Shown in pieces: positions 1 to 7,597 of a stretch of 57,532 nt of DNA. Position numbers and translations under genes: made by a program. This DNA is from Bacillota bacterium (GTDB taxonomy: Bacteria > Bacillota > Clostridia > Peptostreptococcales > Anaerovoracaceae): positions 1 through 57,532 of the forward strand of contig JAEEPD010000041.1 in the NCBI GenBank assembly GCA_016284575.1, in the 5' to 3' direction. Positions within the stretch are counted from its first letter, which is position 1, and every line of letters begins with the position of its first letter. Below the pieces are notes generated by a model. It saw only the letters and a program-made list of their open reading frames with translations. It was not told the origin of the DNA and made no database searches.

Positions 1-327
1 ATGCTGATCACCATCGTAGATAAGAAAAAAGGCGAATTCTATGCCGACCTGCTGCAGTCCTTCGATGTCAACATGCAGATGATCGTTTCCGCTAAAGGAA
101 CAGCCGAAGCAAAAATGCTGGAATATCTGGGACTTTCGAACAGCGAAAAATCAGTCATCATAAGCATGGTAAGGGAGGACAGGCTGGAGGAGATCGAAGC
201 CGTACTTGAAAACAAATTCGCAACTGTAAAGGGAGGAAAGGGAGTTGCACTTTCCATTCCTATGTCGAGCATCATGGGTGCGGCCGCATTCGGCTTTCTC
301 AGCAACGAAGGGGGTTACGTAAAATGA
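1..327 (+). CDS. PII-like (GlnB-fold) small signalling protein, possibly 5'-truncated by the window edge
   Basis: 108-aa ORF starting at base 1. Its size and C-terminal KGGKGVALSIPMSSI strand resemble PII-family proteins. The stop overlaps the next start (ATGA at 324-327). Confidence 0.55.
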   Translation: MLITIVDKKKGEFYADLLQSFDVNMQMIVSAKGTAEAKMLEYLGLSNSEKSVIISMVREDRLEEIEAVLENKFATVKGGKGVALSIPMSSIMGAAAFGFLSNEGGYVK

Positions 328-653
328 AGGAATATCAGCATCAGTTAGTAATCTGCATAGTAAATGCGGGATACGCTCCCGTGGTAATGGATGCGGCGAA
401 AAAGGCGGGAGCCAGAGGCGGCACTATCATTCACGGAAGAGGTACGGCAAATAAAGAGGCTGAAAAACTATTTCAGATAGTAGTGCATCCGGACAAGGAA
501 CTTGTTATGATAGTAGTTGAGGATTCCATAAAGGATGCCGTTATGACGGCTGTTAATAAAGATGCCGGACTGGATACGGCAGGTCAGGGGATAGCTTTTT
601 CTCTGCCTGTGGACCGTACCATCGGTATCGGAGCAAAGGATCAGGAGGTTTGA
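324..653 (+). CDS. PII family (GlnB-like) regulatory protein
   Basis: 109 aa. It has the beta-alpha-beta layout LVICIVN...GARGGTIIHGRGT(T-loop-like)...ELVMIVVED...GQGIAFSLPVDRTIGI, typical of the PII fold. It is translationally coupled to the upstream paralog. Confidence 0.7.
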   Translation: MKEYQHQLVICIVNAGYAPVVMDAAKKAGARGGTIIHGRGTANKEAEKLFQIVVHPDKELVMIVVEDSIKDAVMTAVNKDAGLDTAGQGIAFSLPVDRTIGIGAKDQEV

Positions 654-656
654 CCC

Positions 657-2588
657 ATGGACTACAAGCAGTTAATCATTGATGCCATCGACAGTAAAAA
701 GGACTATTACTGCGACCTGGCCATGAAGATACATGACCATCCCGAGACGGCCTTCAACGAGGTGAAGGCCGGCGAATGGCTGGCGGAGGCGCTCAGGGAG
801 AACGGCTTTGAGGTGGAGGTCGGCCTTTACGGCATGCCAACCTCCATAAGGGCCACCTGGGGCTCAGGCCATCCGGTGATCGGCCTGCTGGCGGAGTATG
901 ACGCCCTTCCAGGCCTTTCCCAGAAGCAGAGCGCCGTGCACGACCCCGTCATCGAGGGCGGTCCCGGCCACGGCTGCGGTCACAATCTGCTGGGAACGGC
1001 TACCCTGGCGGCAGCCCTTGGAATGAAGGCAGATCTTGAAGCCAGCGGTCTTCCCGGAACCATAGTCTTTTACGGATGTCCCGCTGAGGAGGTACTTACA
1101 GGCAAACCCTTCATGGCAAGGGGCGGCGCCTTCAAGGAGCTGGACCTGGCGCTGGCCTGGCACGGCGGCGGCGTCAACATGGTCCACTACGGCATTGCGG
1201 GAGGCATCAACAGTGCCATCTTCCATTACAAGGGCATTGCGGGTCACGCCTCCGGCGCCCCCTGGCTGGGCCGTTCGGCGCTTGATGCCTGCGAGCTTCT
1301 GAGCGTGGGCGCCAACTATCTGAGGGAGCACATTCCCGACAAGTGCCGCATCCACTATTCGTACATCGAGGCCGGCGAAGCCCCCAACATCATCCCAGAC
1401 AGAGCTTCCGTGTGGTATTACGTAAGAGGCTTAAGCCGCGAGCAGATAGACGACATCTACGGCAGGCTGGTGGAGACCGCGGAGGGCGCTGCGAAGATGA
1501 CCGGCACCCAGCTTACGGTCGAATTCCTCGGTGGCTGCTACAACACCCACTCCAACAAGGTGGTCTCCGAGCTGCTCTACGACGTGCTGAAGGAGCTTCC
1601 GCCCATCGAATACAGCGAAGAAGAGCGGGAAATGGCCACTGCGCTGGCTAAGACCTCCCCCAGATATAAGGGCGAGGATCCCCTGCCCACCGGAGTCTTT
1701 CCAAATACCTGGTACGAGAGCTCCGGCTCCTTCGATCTTGGAGACGTGCAGCATATCTGCCCCTGCGGTCTGGTCACCACCCTCACCTGGCCCATGGTCC
1801 TGGGCAACCACAACTGGCAGGCCACCTGCTGCACAGGAAACGGCATAGGCCTGAAGGGCATGATACAGGGCGCCAAAGCCATGGCCATCGCAGCCGGCAG
1901 AGCCTTCCGTGAGCCTGAGATCATAAAGGCCGCCTGGGAGGAGTTCGACAAGGTCATCGGAAAGTACAGCTACAAATGCCCCATCCCGGATGATGTACCC
2001 GTCCCCCAGCCCGTCTATGACGAAAAGTCTGAGCAGGATGGGAAGGCCCCGAAGCAGAAGAAGGAGGCCCGCAGCTTCCTTAAGCTGGCGGAGGACCGCT
2101 ATTCCGTAAGGAAGTTCGCCGACAGGCCTGTGGAGCAGGAAAAGATCGACGCCATCCTCCGGGCTGCCCAGGTGGCTCCCACCGCAGCCAACTATCAGCC
2201 CCAGAAGATCCTGGTGATAAGGGCTCCGGAGGGTATAGAAAAGCTCAGAGGCTGCACCAGGTACACCTTCAACGCTCCGCTGTTCTTCCTCACCTGCATC
2301 GACCACGACCAGGTTTGGGTCCGCGGTCAGGATCTTAAGGACGGCGCGGATGTGGACGCTGCCATAGTTCACACTCATATGATGCTGGCAGCTGAGGATC
2401 TGGGTCTTGGATCCACCTGGGTGGGCTCCTTCGACCCCGCGAAGATCAGAGCGGCCTTCAATATCCCGGAGGATATCGAGCCCATCGCCCTGCTGCCTGT
2501 GGGCTATCCCGCAGACGACGCTGAGCCCTCCCCCCTGCACAGCAAAAACAAGCCCATCAAAGAGCTTGTGGTGTACGATTCTTTTTAA
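657..2588 (+). CDS. M20-family amidohydrolase (AbgB-like) fused to a C-terminal nitroreductase domain
   Basis: 643 aa. The N-terminal ~460 aa look like aminobenzoyl-glutamate-utilisation/M20 peptidases (HPETAFNE, GLLAEYDALPGL, GPGHGCGHNLLG). A Lys/Glu-rich linker (EKSEQDGKAPKQKKEA) follows. The last ~170 aa are nitroreductase-like (RYSVRKF..., APTAANYQPQKILVI, DAAIVHTHMMLAAEDLGLGSTWVG). GGAGG lies 8 nt upstream of the ATG. Confidence 0.8.
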   Translation: MDYKQLIIDAIDSKKDYYCDLAMKIHDHPETAFNEVKAGEWLAEALRENGFEVEVGLYGMPTSIRATWGSGHPVIGLLAEYDALPGLSQKQSAVHDPVIEGGPGHGCGHNLLGTATLAAALGMKADLEASGLPGTIVFYGCPAEEVLTGKPFMARGGAFKELDLALAWHGGGVNMVHYGIAGGINSAIFHYKGIAGHASGAPWLGRSALDACELLSVGANYLREHIPDKCRIHYSYIEAGEAPNIIPDRASVWYYVRGLSREQIDDIYGRLVETAEGAAKMTGTQLTVEFLGGCYNTHSNKVVSELLYDVLKELPPIEYSEEEREMATALAKTSPRYKGEDPLPTGVFPNTWYESSGSFDLGDVQHICPCGLVTTLTWPMVLGNHNWQATCCTGNGIGLKGMIQGAKAMAIAAGRAFREPEIIKAAWEEFDKVIGKYSYKCPIPDDVPVPQPVYDEKSEQDGKAPKQKKEARSFLKLAEDRYSVRKFADRPVEQEKIDAILRAAQVAPTAANYQPQKILVIRAPEGIEKLRGCTRYTFNAPLFFLTCIDHDQVWVRGQDLKDGADVDAAIVHTHMMLAAEDLGLGSTWVGSFDPAKIRAAFNIPEDIEPIALLPVGYPADDAEPSPLHSKNKPIKELVVYDSF

Positions 2589-2601
2589 AATATTAAATCG
2601 A

Positions 2602-2634
2602 GGAGCGTGGGTTCGAGTCCCACGCTCCTTTTGT
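2602..2634. terminator. Bidirectional intrinsic terminator between convergent genes (T-arm-like hairpin)
   Basis: Perfect 10-bp stem ggagcgtggg/cccacgctcc with 7-nt loop ttcgagt, followed by ttttgt. An A/T-rich tract lies on the other side. It sits between the stop at 2588 (+) and the stop at 2635 (-). Confidence 0.65.
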
Positions 2635-4110
2635 CTACAGAAGGCTCAGCAGCCTTTCCATCACTATATTGGTCTTGTCCAGCCCTTCCGGGGTGAAGGC
2701 TATCCGGGAGGGCTTTTTGGTGCCGGCGGATGGGGCTGAAGCAGGGGCTTCTGAAACATTTTTAAGCAGTCCTTCGCTGAAAAGCTCCGTCAGCACCGGC
2801 GTGAAGTCGCTTTCAAATTCTGTACCAAAGAGCCTGCGATAGAGCTCCGTGTCCAGTCCCTCGATCAGCCTGAGCTGGGTGAAGATAAAATCCCCTTTCA
2901 GCTCGTTTTCATCCTCGGTCGATATATTTCTCAGAAGCTGCTCAAAAAGCTCTCTGCGAGCCGCTGAGAGGCTCTGAGAGGCATCTGAAGAGCCCTTGCT
3001 CCCTGAAGCGGCTCCATCGGCGTTTTGCTTTGCGGCAGCAGCCTGCACAGCGGTTTCATCGCTGCCTCGCTTTGCAGCGGCTCTGGCTGCATTCCATCTT
3101 GCCTCTGCCGCCAGCTTCGCAGAGGCGCGCTCCTCCGCCTCCTCGAAAAACTCCCAGGCCTCAAAGCGCTTATTATCCATAAAGGAGTGGGCGGCGAGGC
3201 CAAGGCCCAGGTACTCCTCCATATTCCAGTATTTCAGATTGTGACGGCACTCAAAGCCGGGCTTTGCGGCGTTGCTCACCTCGTAGTGGTCATAGCCGGC
3301 AGCCTTTATCAGCTCCAGCCCACGGTGATACATCTCCCTGTTCTCCTCCCAGGAGGGAAGCTCCAGCCTGCCCTCCCGGTAGTCCCGATAGAAGGGCGTC
3401 CCCTCCTCCAGCTGAAGGCTGTAAAAAGAGAGGTGCTCCGGCTCCCAGTCCAGGACCCGCTTAAGGCTGTCCAGCCAGCTGGCGGCAGTCTGCCCCGGGA
3501 CACCCATCATAAGATCGATGTTGATGTTGTCAAAATGGCGGCGGGCCAGTCTGAAGCTGCGCTCAGCCTCCTTTGCATCGTGGATGCGGCCCATGATCTT
3601 CAGGACCTTGTCGTCCAGGCTCTGGACTCCGAGGCTGATGCGGTTGAAATACGCCAGCCTGTAGGCCCTCAGCTTTTCGTCGGTTAGGGTGCCGGGGTTG
3701 GCCTCCAGACTGATCTCAGCCCCCGGGACAACGTTGAAAAGGCAGCATACCGCATCCAGCTGGCGGCAGATAAAGTCCGGGTCCACGGCGCTTGGTGTGC
3801 CGCCTCCAAAGAATATGCTATCCACCTCGTAGCTTCCGCTGCAGCTGACCTTGTCCCAGTTCATGTATATCTCCGAAAGGGCCTTTGTCTCCAGCTCCAG
3901 TGTTCGGAAGTAAGGAGCTGTTTCTGCGGGATTTTTGGGGCAGTAGGCCGAGGTTCCTTCGGCGGGCTCGAAGGCCGCCGCGCTGCATGAATCAGGCTCT
4001 GCGCCGGCCTGAGGTCCTATGGGGTAGCTCACAAAGTCGCAGTAATTGCACTTCCTGACGCAAAAGGGTATATGTACATATATTCCAAGCTTTTTCGGGC
4101 TATTTTTCAT
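2635..4110 (-). CDS. hemW: Radical SAM HemN/HemW-family protein (coproporphyrinogen-III-oxidase-like heme chaperone)
   Basis: Contains MKNSPKKLGIYVHIPFCVRKCNYCDF (CxxxCxxC radical-SAM cluster) and the GGGTPS motif. Start chosen at the internal ATG (4110), which has GGAAGGGGG 8 nt upstream, rather than the ORF-track start at 4203. Overlaps the cca stop by 11 nt. Confidence 0.85.
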   Translation of the reverse strand: MKNSPKKLGIYVHIPFCVRKCNYCDFVSYPIGPQAGAEPDSCSAAAFEPAEGTSAYCPKNPAETAPYFRTLELETKALSEIYMNWDKVSCSGSYEVDSIFFGGGTPSAVDPDFICRQLDAVCCLFNVVPGAEISLEANPGTLTDEKLRAYRLAYFNRISLGVQSLDDKVLKIMGRIHDAKEAERSFRLARRHFDNINIDLMMGVPGQTAASWLDSLKRVLDWEPEHLSFYSLQLEEGTPFYRDYREGRLELPSWEENREMYHRGLELIKAAGYDHYEVSNAAKPGFECRHNLKYWNMEEYLGLGLAAHSFMDNKRFEAWEFFEEAEERASAKLAAEARWNAARAAAKRGSDETAVQAAAAKQNADGAASGSKGSSDASQSLSAARRELFEQLLRNISTEDENELKGDFIFTQLRLIEGLDTELYRRLFGTEFESDFTPVLTELFSEGLLKNVSEAPASAPSAGTKKPSRIAFTPEGLDKTNIVMERLLSLL

Positions 4111-5527
4111 GTCTTTCGCCCCCTTCCTGCTCCTTTTTCGCAGCCTCTGCGGCCTTATGCGCGGCAGCAGCCGACGCAGTCTTTTTCCTAAGTGTCCTTG
4201 CAAAAGCCAGCGTCTGCTTAAGTGCCGACTCCTTCTCGATTCCAGCCAGCCGCAGCTTGTGGGCGTGCTCCAGGATCTCCGTAAAATCCTCTCCCGGTTC
4301 GAGTCCGGCCGCGATCAGGTCACGCCCCTGAACGAAGGGCTTTTCCATCAGCTCCCTGTATGCAGCCAGCCTCTCAAAGAGGAAAGCGCTGTCACCGCTG
4401 AATTCCTCCGTGCCGGACAGCACGGGCTTGTCGCACATGGCAAAGTACACCAGGTCCTCCGGCTCCTGAGCCTCGTCGAACAGCTTGTTGGTGGACTTAA
4501 GGGGCGGCTTGCTGTAGGCCGCAACATTGGGCCTCATGTGAAGAGGCACCATGTTCAGCACGTAGGCCTTGACAGATTTGTCGTGGACGATGCGGTCCAG
4601 GAAGGCCCTTATGACAGGCTCTCCCATGGTCTCGTGGCCATAGGCGTGGATGCGTCCGTTGACAACCTCCGTGGTGACTATCTTGCCGAAATCGTGGGTC
4701 AGAGCCAGCAGCATAAAGCTGTAGGGATCGGATACCTTCTCGCGGTACAGGGCAGCCCTGTCCAGCACCTCCATGCTGTGGACCCACACATCGCCCTCCG
4801 GGTGGAAAAGCGGATCCTGCTCCACGCCTATAAGGGAACGGACCTCCGAAAACCAGGTCTCCAGCTGATCCATCTCCCGCAGCACCTCAAAAAAAACGGA
4901 GGGCTTTCCTGCCTTCAGCATGGCCTTTTTATATTCAGCCTCCACCCGCTCGCTGCTGAGGGTGGACAGGTCTATGGTTTTGCAGAGGGCTATGGTCTCC
5001 GGCGCCACAGAAAAGCCGAATCTTGCGGCAAACTGGGCTGCCCGCAGCACCCTCAGAGGATCCTCTGCGAAATGCTCGTCGTCCACATGGCGAAGGATGC
5101 CGTTCTTAAGATCCTCCTGACCTCCGAAAAAGTCCAGGATCTCCCCGGTCAGCACATCCTCCATAAGGGCGTTGACGGTAAAATCCCTGCGCCGCGCGGC
5201 CTCCAAGGGTCCGATGAAGGGGTCCACAAAAACTTCAAAGTCCCTGTGACCCATTCCTGTAGCTTTTTCTTTTCTTGGCAGGGCGATGTCGATGTCATGG
5301 CCCTTGAGCGAGTAGATGCCAAAGGATGATCCGATGGATATGGGCTCGCCAAGTGTTTTAAGCAGTTCAAAAAGCGTCTCCGGTGCCAGGCCGTGGACCT
5401 CGATGTCCACATCGGGTATGCCCTCCTGAGCTCCCCGCAGACGGTCCCGGACGCAGCCGCCCACGTAGTAAGCCCTGCCTCCCTGCTCCGCTGCTTTACG
5501 TGCTATTTTTACAGCCAGATCATCCAT
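4100..5527 (-). CDS. cca: CCA-adding tRNA nucleotidyltransferase with HD domain
   Basis: GGCVRDRLRG...DVDIEVHG polymerase-beta nucleotidyltransferase head. RRDFTVNAL motif. HD-domain region LALTHDFGK. Start set at MDDLAVK (AGGAGA 8 nt upstream). Confidence 0.8.
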   Translation of the reverse strand: MDDLAVKIARKAAEQGGRAYYVGGCVRDRLRGAQEGIPDVDIEVHGLAPETLFELLKTLGEPISIGSSFGIYSLKGHDIDIALPRKEKATGMGHRDFEVFVDPFIGPLEAARRRDFTVNALMEDVLTGEILDFFGGQEDLKNGILRHVDDEHFAEDPLRVLRAAQFAARFGFSVAPETIALCKTIDLSTLSSERVEAEYKKAMLKAGKPSVFFEVLREMDQLETWFSEVRSLIGVEQDPLFHPEGDVWVHSMEVLDRAALYREKVSDPYSFMLLALTHDFGKIVTTEVVNGRIHAYGHETMGEPVIRAFLDRIVHDKSVKAYVLNMVPLHMRPNVAAYSKPPLKSTNKLFDEAQEPEDLVYFAMCDKPVLSGTEEFSGDSAFLFERLAAYRELMEKPFVQGRDLIAAGLEPGEDFTEILEHAHKLRLAGIEKESALKQTLAFARTLRKKTASAAAAHKAAEAAKKEQEGGERHEK

Positions 5528-5592
5528 AACGCCCTTCTCCTTTACTCTATACATTATGCTTTCTAAATGCTCAAAAATCCATAAAATTCTGC

Positions 5593-5621
5593 TTGATTTT
5601 TAGTTTGCGGTATTGTATAGT
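5593..5621 (+). promoter_or_regulatory. Sigma-A-type promoter for tRNA-Ser
   Basis: TTGATT (5593-5598), 17-nt spacer ending in TG, then TATAGT (5616-5621). Lies about 35 nt upstream of the tRNA 5' end. Confidence 0.45.
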
Positions 5622-5657
5622 AATAAAGCTTGTTCATAAGACATACAAACTTAGCAC

Positions 5658-5745
5658 GGAGAGTTGACCGAGTGGCTAAGGAGCTCGCCTGGAAAGCGAG
5701 TAAGGCTGAAAGGCCCCGTGGGTTCGAGTCCCATGCTCTCCGCCA
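5658..5745 (+). tRNA. tRNA-Ser (anticodon GGA), CCA encoded
   Basis: Acceptor GGAGAGT/GCTCTCC, discriminator G plus CCA. Anticodon stem ctcgc/gcgag with loop CTGGAAA. Long variable arm. T-arm gtggg-ttcgagt-cccat. Confidence 0.9.
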
Positions 5746-5748
5746 TCA

Positions 5749-5783
5749 AAAAGGATCTGCATTCAGCAGGTCCTTTCTTGTTA
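5749..5783 (+). terminator. Intrinsic terminator after tRNA-Ser
   Basis: 11-bp stem aaaggatctgc/gcaggtccttt (one G-U pair), followed by a T-rich tract cttgtt. Confidence 0.5.
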
Positions 5784-5793
5784 TTGTCACAAT

Positions 5794-5821
5794 AAAAAAG
5801 CATGGGAGCTGCGTCCCACGC
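5794..5821 (-). terminator. Intrinsic terminator of the YczE-like gene
   Basis: On the minus strand: gcgtggga-cgcagc-tcccatgc hairpin followed by TTTTTT. Confidence 0.55.
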
Positions 5822-5835
5822 TTTCAGGTTCTGCT

Positions 5836-6513
5836 TTATCCGAATATCACCTTTATGGACTCCTGCAGTCTCTGGTGTCTGACTGAGGTGGCGTCAAAAT
5901 TCATGATCCTGAAGATCGTCTGAAGTATGGGGCCGGAGGCGAAGGCACATATCAGGGTGCCGATGCCCACGGGACCTCCCAGAAGCCAGCCGATGAGAGT
6001 GGCTGAGCTGAGAAGAGCAATGCTTACAGCTCCGATAGGAATGCGCTTCACCCTTTTTGCCAGCCCAAGAAGCAGGGAATCCCTTGGGCCGCAGCCAAGG
6101 GAGGCCAGCATGTAGGTGTACTGGGTGAAGGCTACGATAACAAGGCCCACCAGCATCAAAGGAATACCCACCACTGCAGACCTGCAGGCAGGCACCAGGC
6201 GGAGCCAGTTGAAAAAGTCCACGGACTTGCCCACCACCACCGCGTCGATAAACATTGCTATGCCTATGGGCTCCTTCATCAGAATGTCGATGACAAGTAT
6301 GGTCAGCGAAACGGCTATGGCAGCATTGCCGTAAAGTATTCCAAGAGACTTGGAAATGCCAAGATTCAGCACGTCCCAGGGGGCTGCCCCAAGATTCGCC
6401 TGTATTGTCAGATAGATGCCAAAGCCATTCACAAAAAGGCTCACGGCTGCCAGAAGCATATTAAATATAATAGAGCCTATGCTGCTGTTTCCGCGTAAAT
6501 TACCGAGCTTCAT
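5836..6513 (-). CDS. YczE/YitT-like polytopic membrane protein
   Basis: 225 aa, about 6 hydrophobic helices. The N-terminal FVNGFGIYLTIQANLGAAPWDVL motif is typical of this family. GGAGA RBS 5 nt upstream. Confidence 0.6.
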   Translation of the reverse strand: MKLGNLRGNSSIGSIIFNMLLAAVSLFVNGFGIYLTIQANLGAAPWDVLNLGISKSLGILYGNAAIAVSLTILVIDILMKEPIGIAMFIDAVVVGKSVDFFNWLRLVPACRSAVVGIPLMLVGLVIVAFTQYTYMLASLGCGPRDSLLLGLAKRVKRIPIGAVSIALLSSATLIGWLLGGPVGIGTLICAFASGPILQTIFRIMNFDATSVRHQRLQESIKVIFG

Positions 6514-6637
6514 ATAGATCTCCAGCTTTCTTAATCGATAGGCGCCCCGCTATAGTGCACTGAAGCGCTTTAAGCATTATAGCACCTGATCTGAAATAGT
6601 ATAGTCCCTTCTTTAAATAATACGGCAGTTTTTCTCC

Positions 6638-6666
6638 TTTACTGAGCGTCCATTTTTTCGTATACT
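6638..6666 (+). promoter_or_regulatory. Candidate promoter of the esterase-MoxR operon
   Basis: TTTACT, 17-nt spacer, TATACT. Lies about 45 nt upstream of the AAAGGAGGA RBS of the 6712 gene. Confidence 0.35.
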
Positions 6667-6711
6667 AAAGCAAAGGACATTAACAATATACTTATCGTAA
6701 AGGAGGACAGC

Positions 6712-7584
6712 ATGGCTCTTGTAACAATGGATGTTCAGAGCGTTTTTCTGAACGGAAACACTGAGATAACCGTTATCCTGCCGGACATTCCCTGGAGCGC
6801 AAAGCCCGCCGAATTCTACGGCAGCGGCAAAAAATACCCGGTGCTCTGGCTGCTCCACGGCACCTTCGGCGACCACACGGACTGGATACGCAAATCCAAT
6901 ATAGAGGTCTACGCCTGCGAGCGGGACTGCATCGTGGTGATGATGTCCGCCCTCAACACGGTATATGACGACTGGCCGGATTTCTGCATGGGCTTTGACA
7001 ATTTCCGCTTCATTACAGAGGAGCTGATGCCCCTGATCCACAACTGGTTCCCCGCATCAGACAAGCGGGAGGATAACTTCATTGCAGGCCTTTCCATGGG
7101 CGGCCGGGGCACCATGAAGATATCCCTCGAAAGGCCTGAGCTCTTCGGCGGAGCCGCTTCCCTGTCCTCCGTCCCCATGGAGATGGACAGCGACATCGAG
7201 CAGCTGACAAAGCTCTTCAACACTCCGAAGGAGGAGCTGGAGGAAGGCCCCATGAACGAAAGGCGCACCTGGAACGACATGCACCGCGCAGGCTCTGTGG
7301 AGGCCTATGTGAACGGCAGGGACAACACCTGGCGTCACCTTAAGGAGAGAGCCGAGGACGGCACCATAGTACCCAAATACTTCTTCTCCATAGGCACCGA
7401 GGACGGAGCCTATGTGGACGGAAGATACGATAAATTCAGGGAATACGCCAAAACCCTTGGCATAAACGCGGTGTTCACTGAGGGCCCCGGACGCCACGAG
7501 TGGCGGGTCTGGGACAGGGACATCGAAAAGGCTCTGGACTACTTCGGCATTGGAAAGGACAAAAAGGGTGGAAATCCCTTCTGA
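6712..7584 (+). CDS. Esterase-family alpha/beta hydrolase (putative esterase / tributyrin-esterase-like)
   Basis: YPVLWLLHGTFGDHTDW and nucleophile elbow GLSMGG. C-terminal GPGRHEW histidine region. Strong RBS AAAGGAGGA. Confidence 0.75.
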   Translation: MALVTMDVQSVFLNGNTEITVILPDIPWSAKPAEFYGSGKKYPVLWLLHGTFGDHTDWIRKSNIEVYACERDCIVVMMSALNTVYDDWPDFCMGFDNFRFITEELMPLIHNWFPASDKREDNFIAGLSMGGRGTMKISLERPELFGGAASLSSVPMEMDSDIEQLTKLFNTPKEELEEGPMNERRTWNDMHRAGSVEAYVNGRDNTWRHLKERAEDGTIVPKYFFSIGTEDGAYVDGRYDKFREYAKTLGINAVFTEGPGRHEWRVWDRDIEKALDYFGIGKDKKGGNPF

Positions 7585-7597
7585 TAAAGGAAAAGCA

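Noticed and set aside
4111-4203. 31-aa Arg-rich N-terminal extension of hemW.
   Set aside because: It lies inside the cca coding region. The ATG at 4110 has a strong RBS and restores the canonical HemW N-terminus.
2602-5745. A tRNA-Ser 3' fragment copy (2607-2628) plus the intact tRNA-Ser (5658-5745), read as att sites bracketing an integrated element.
   Set aside because: The fragment lies upstream of the tRNA, not downstream of its 3' end as integration would produce. The intervening genes are the housekeeping hemW and cca, and no integrase is present. It is kept only as a curiosity (T-arm-like terminator).
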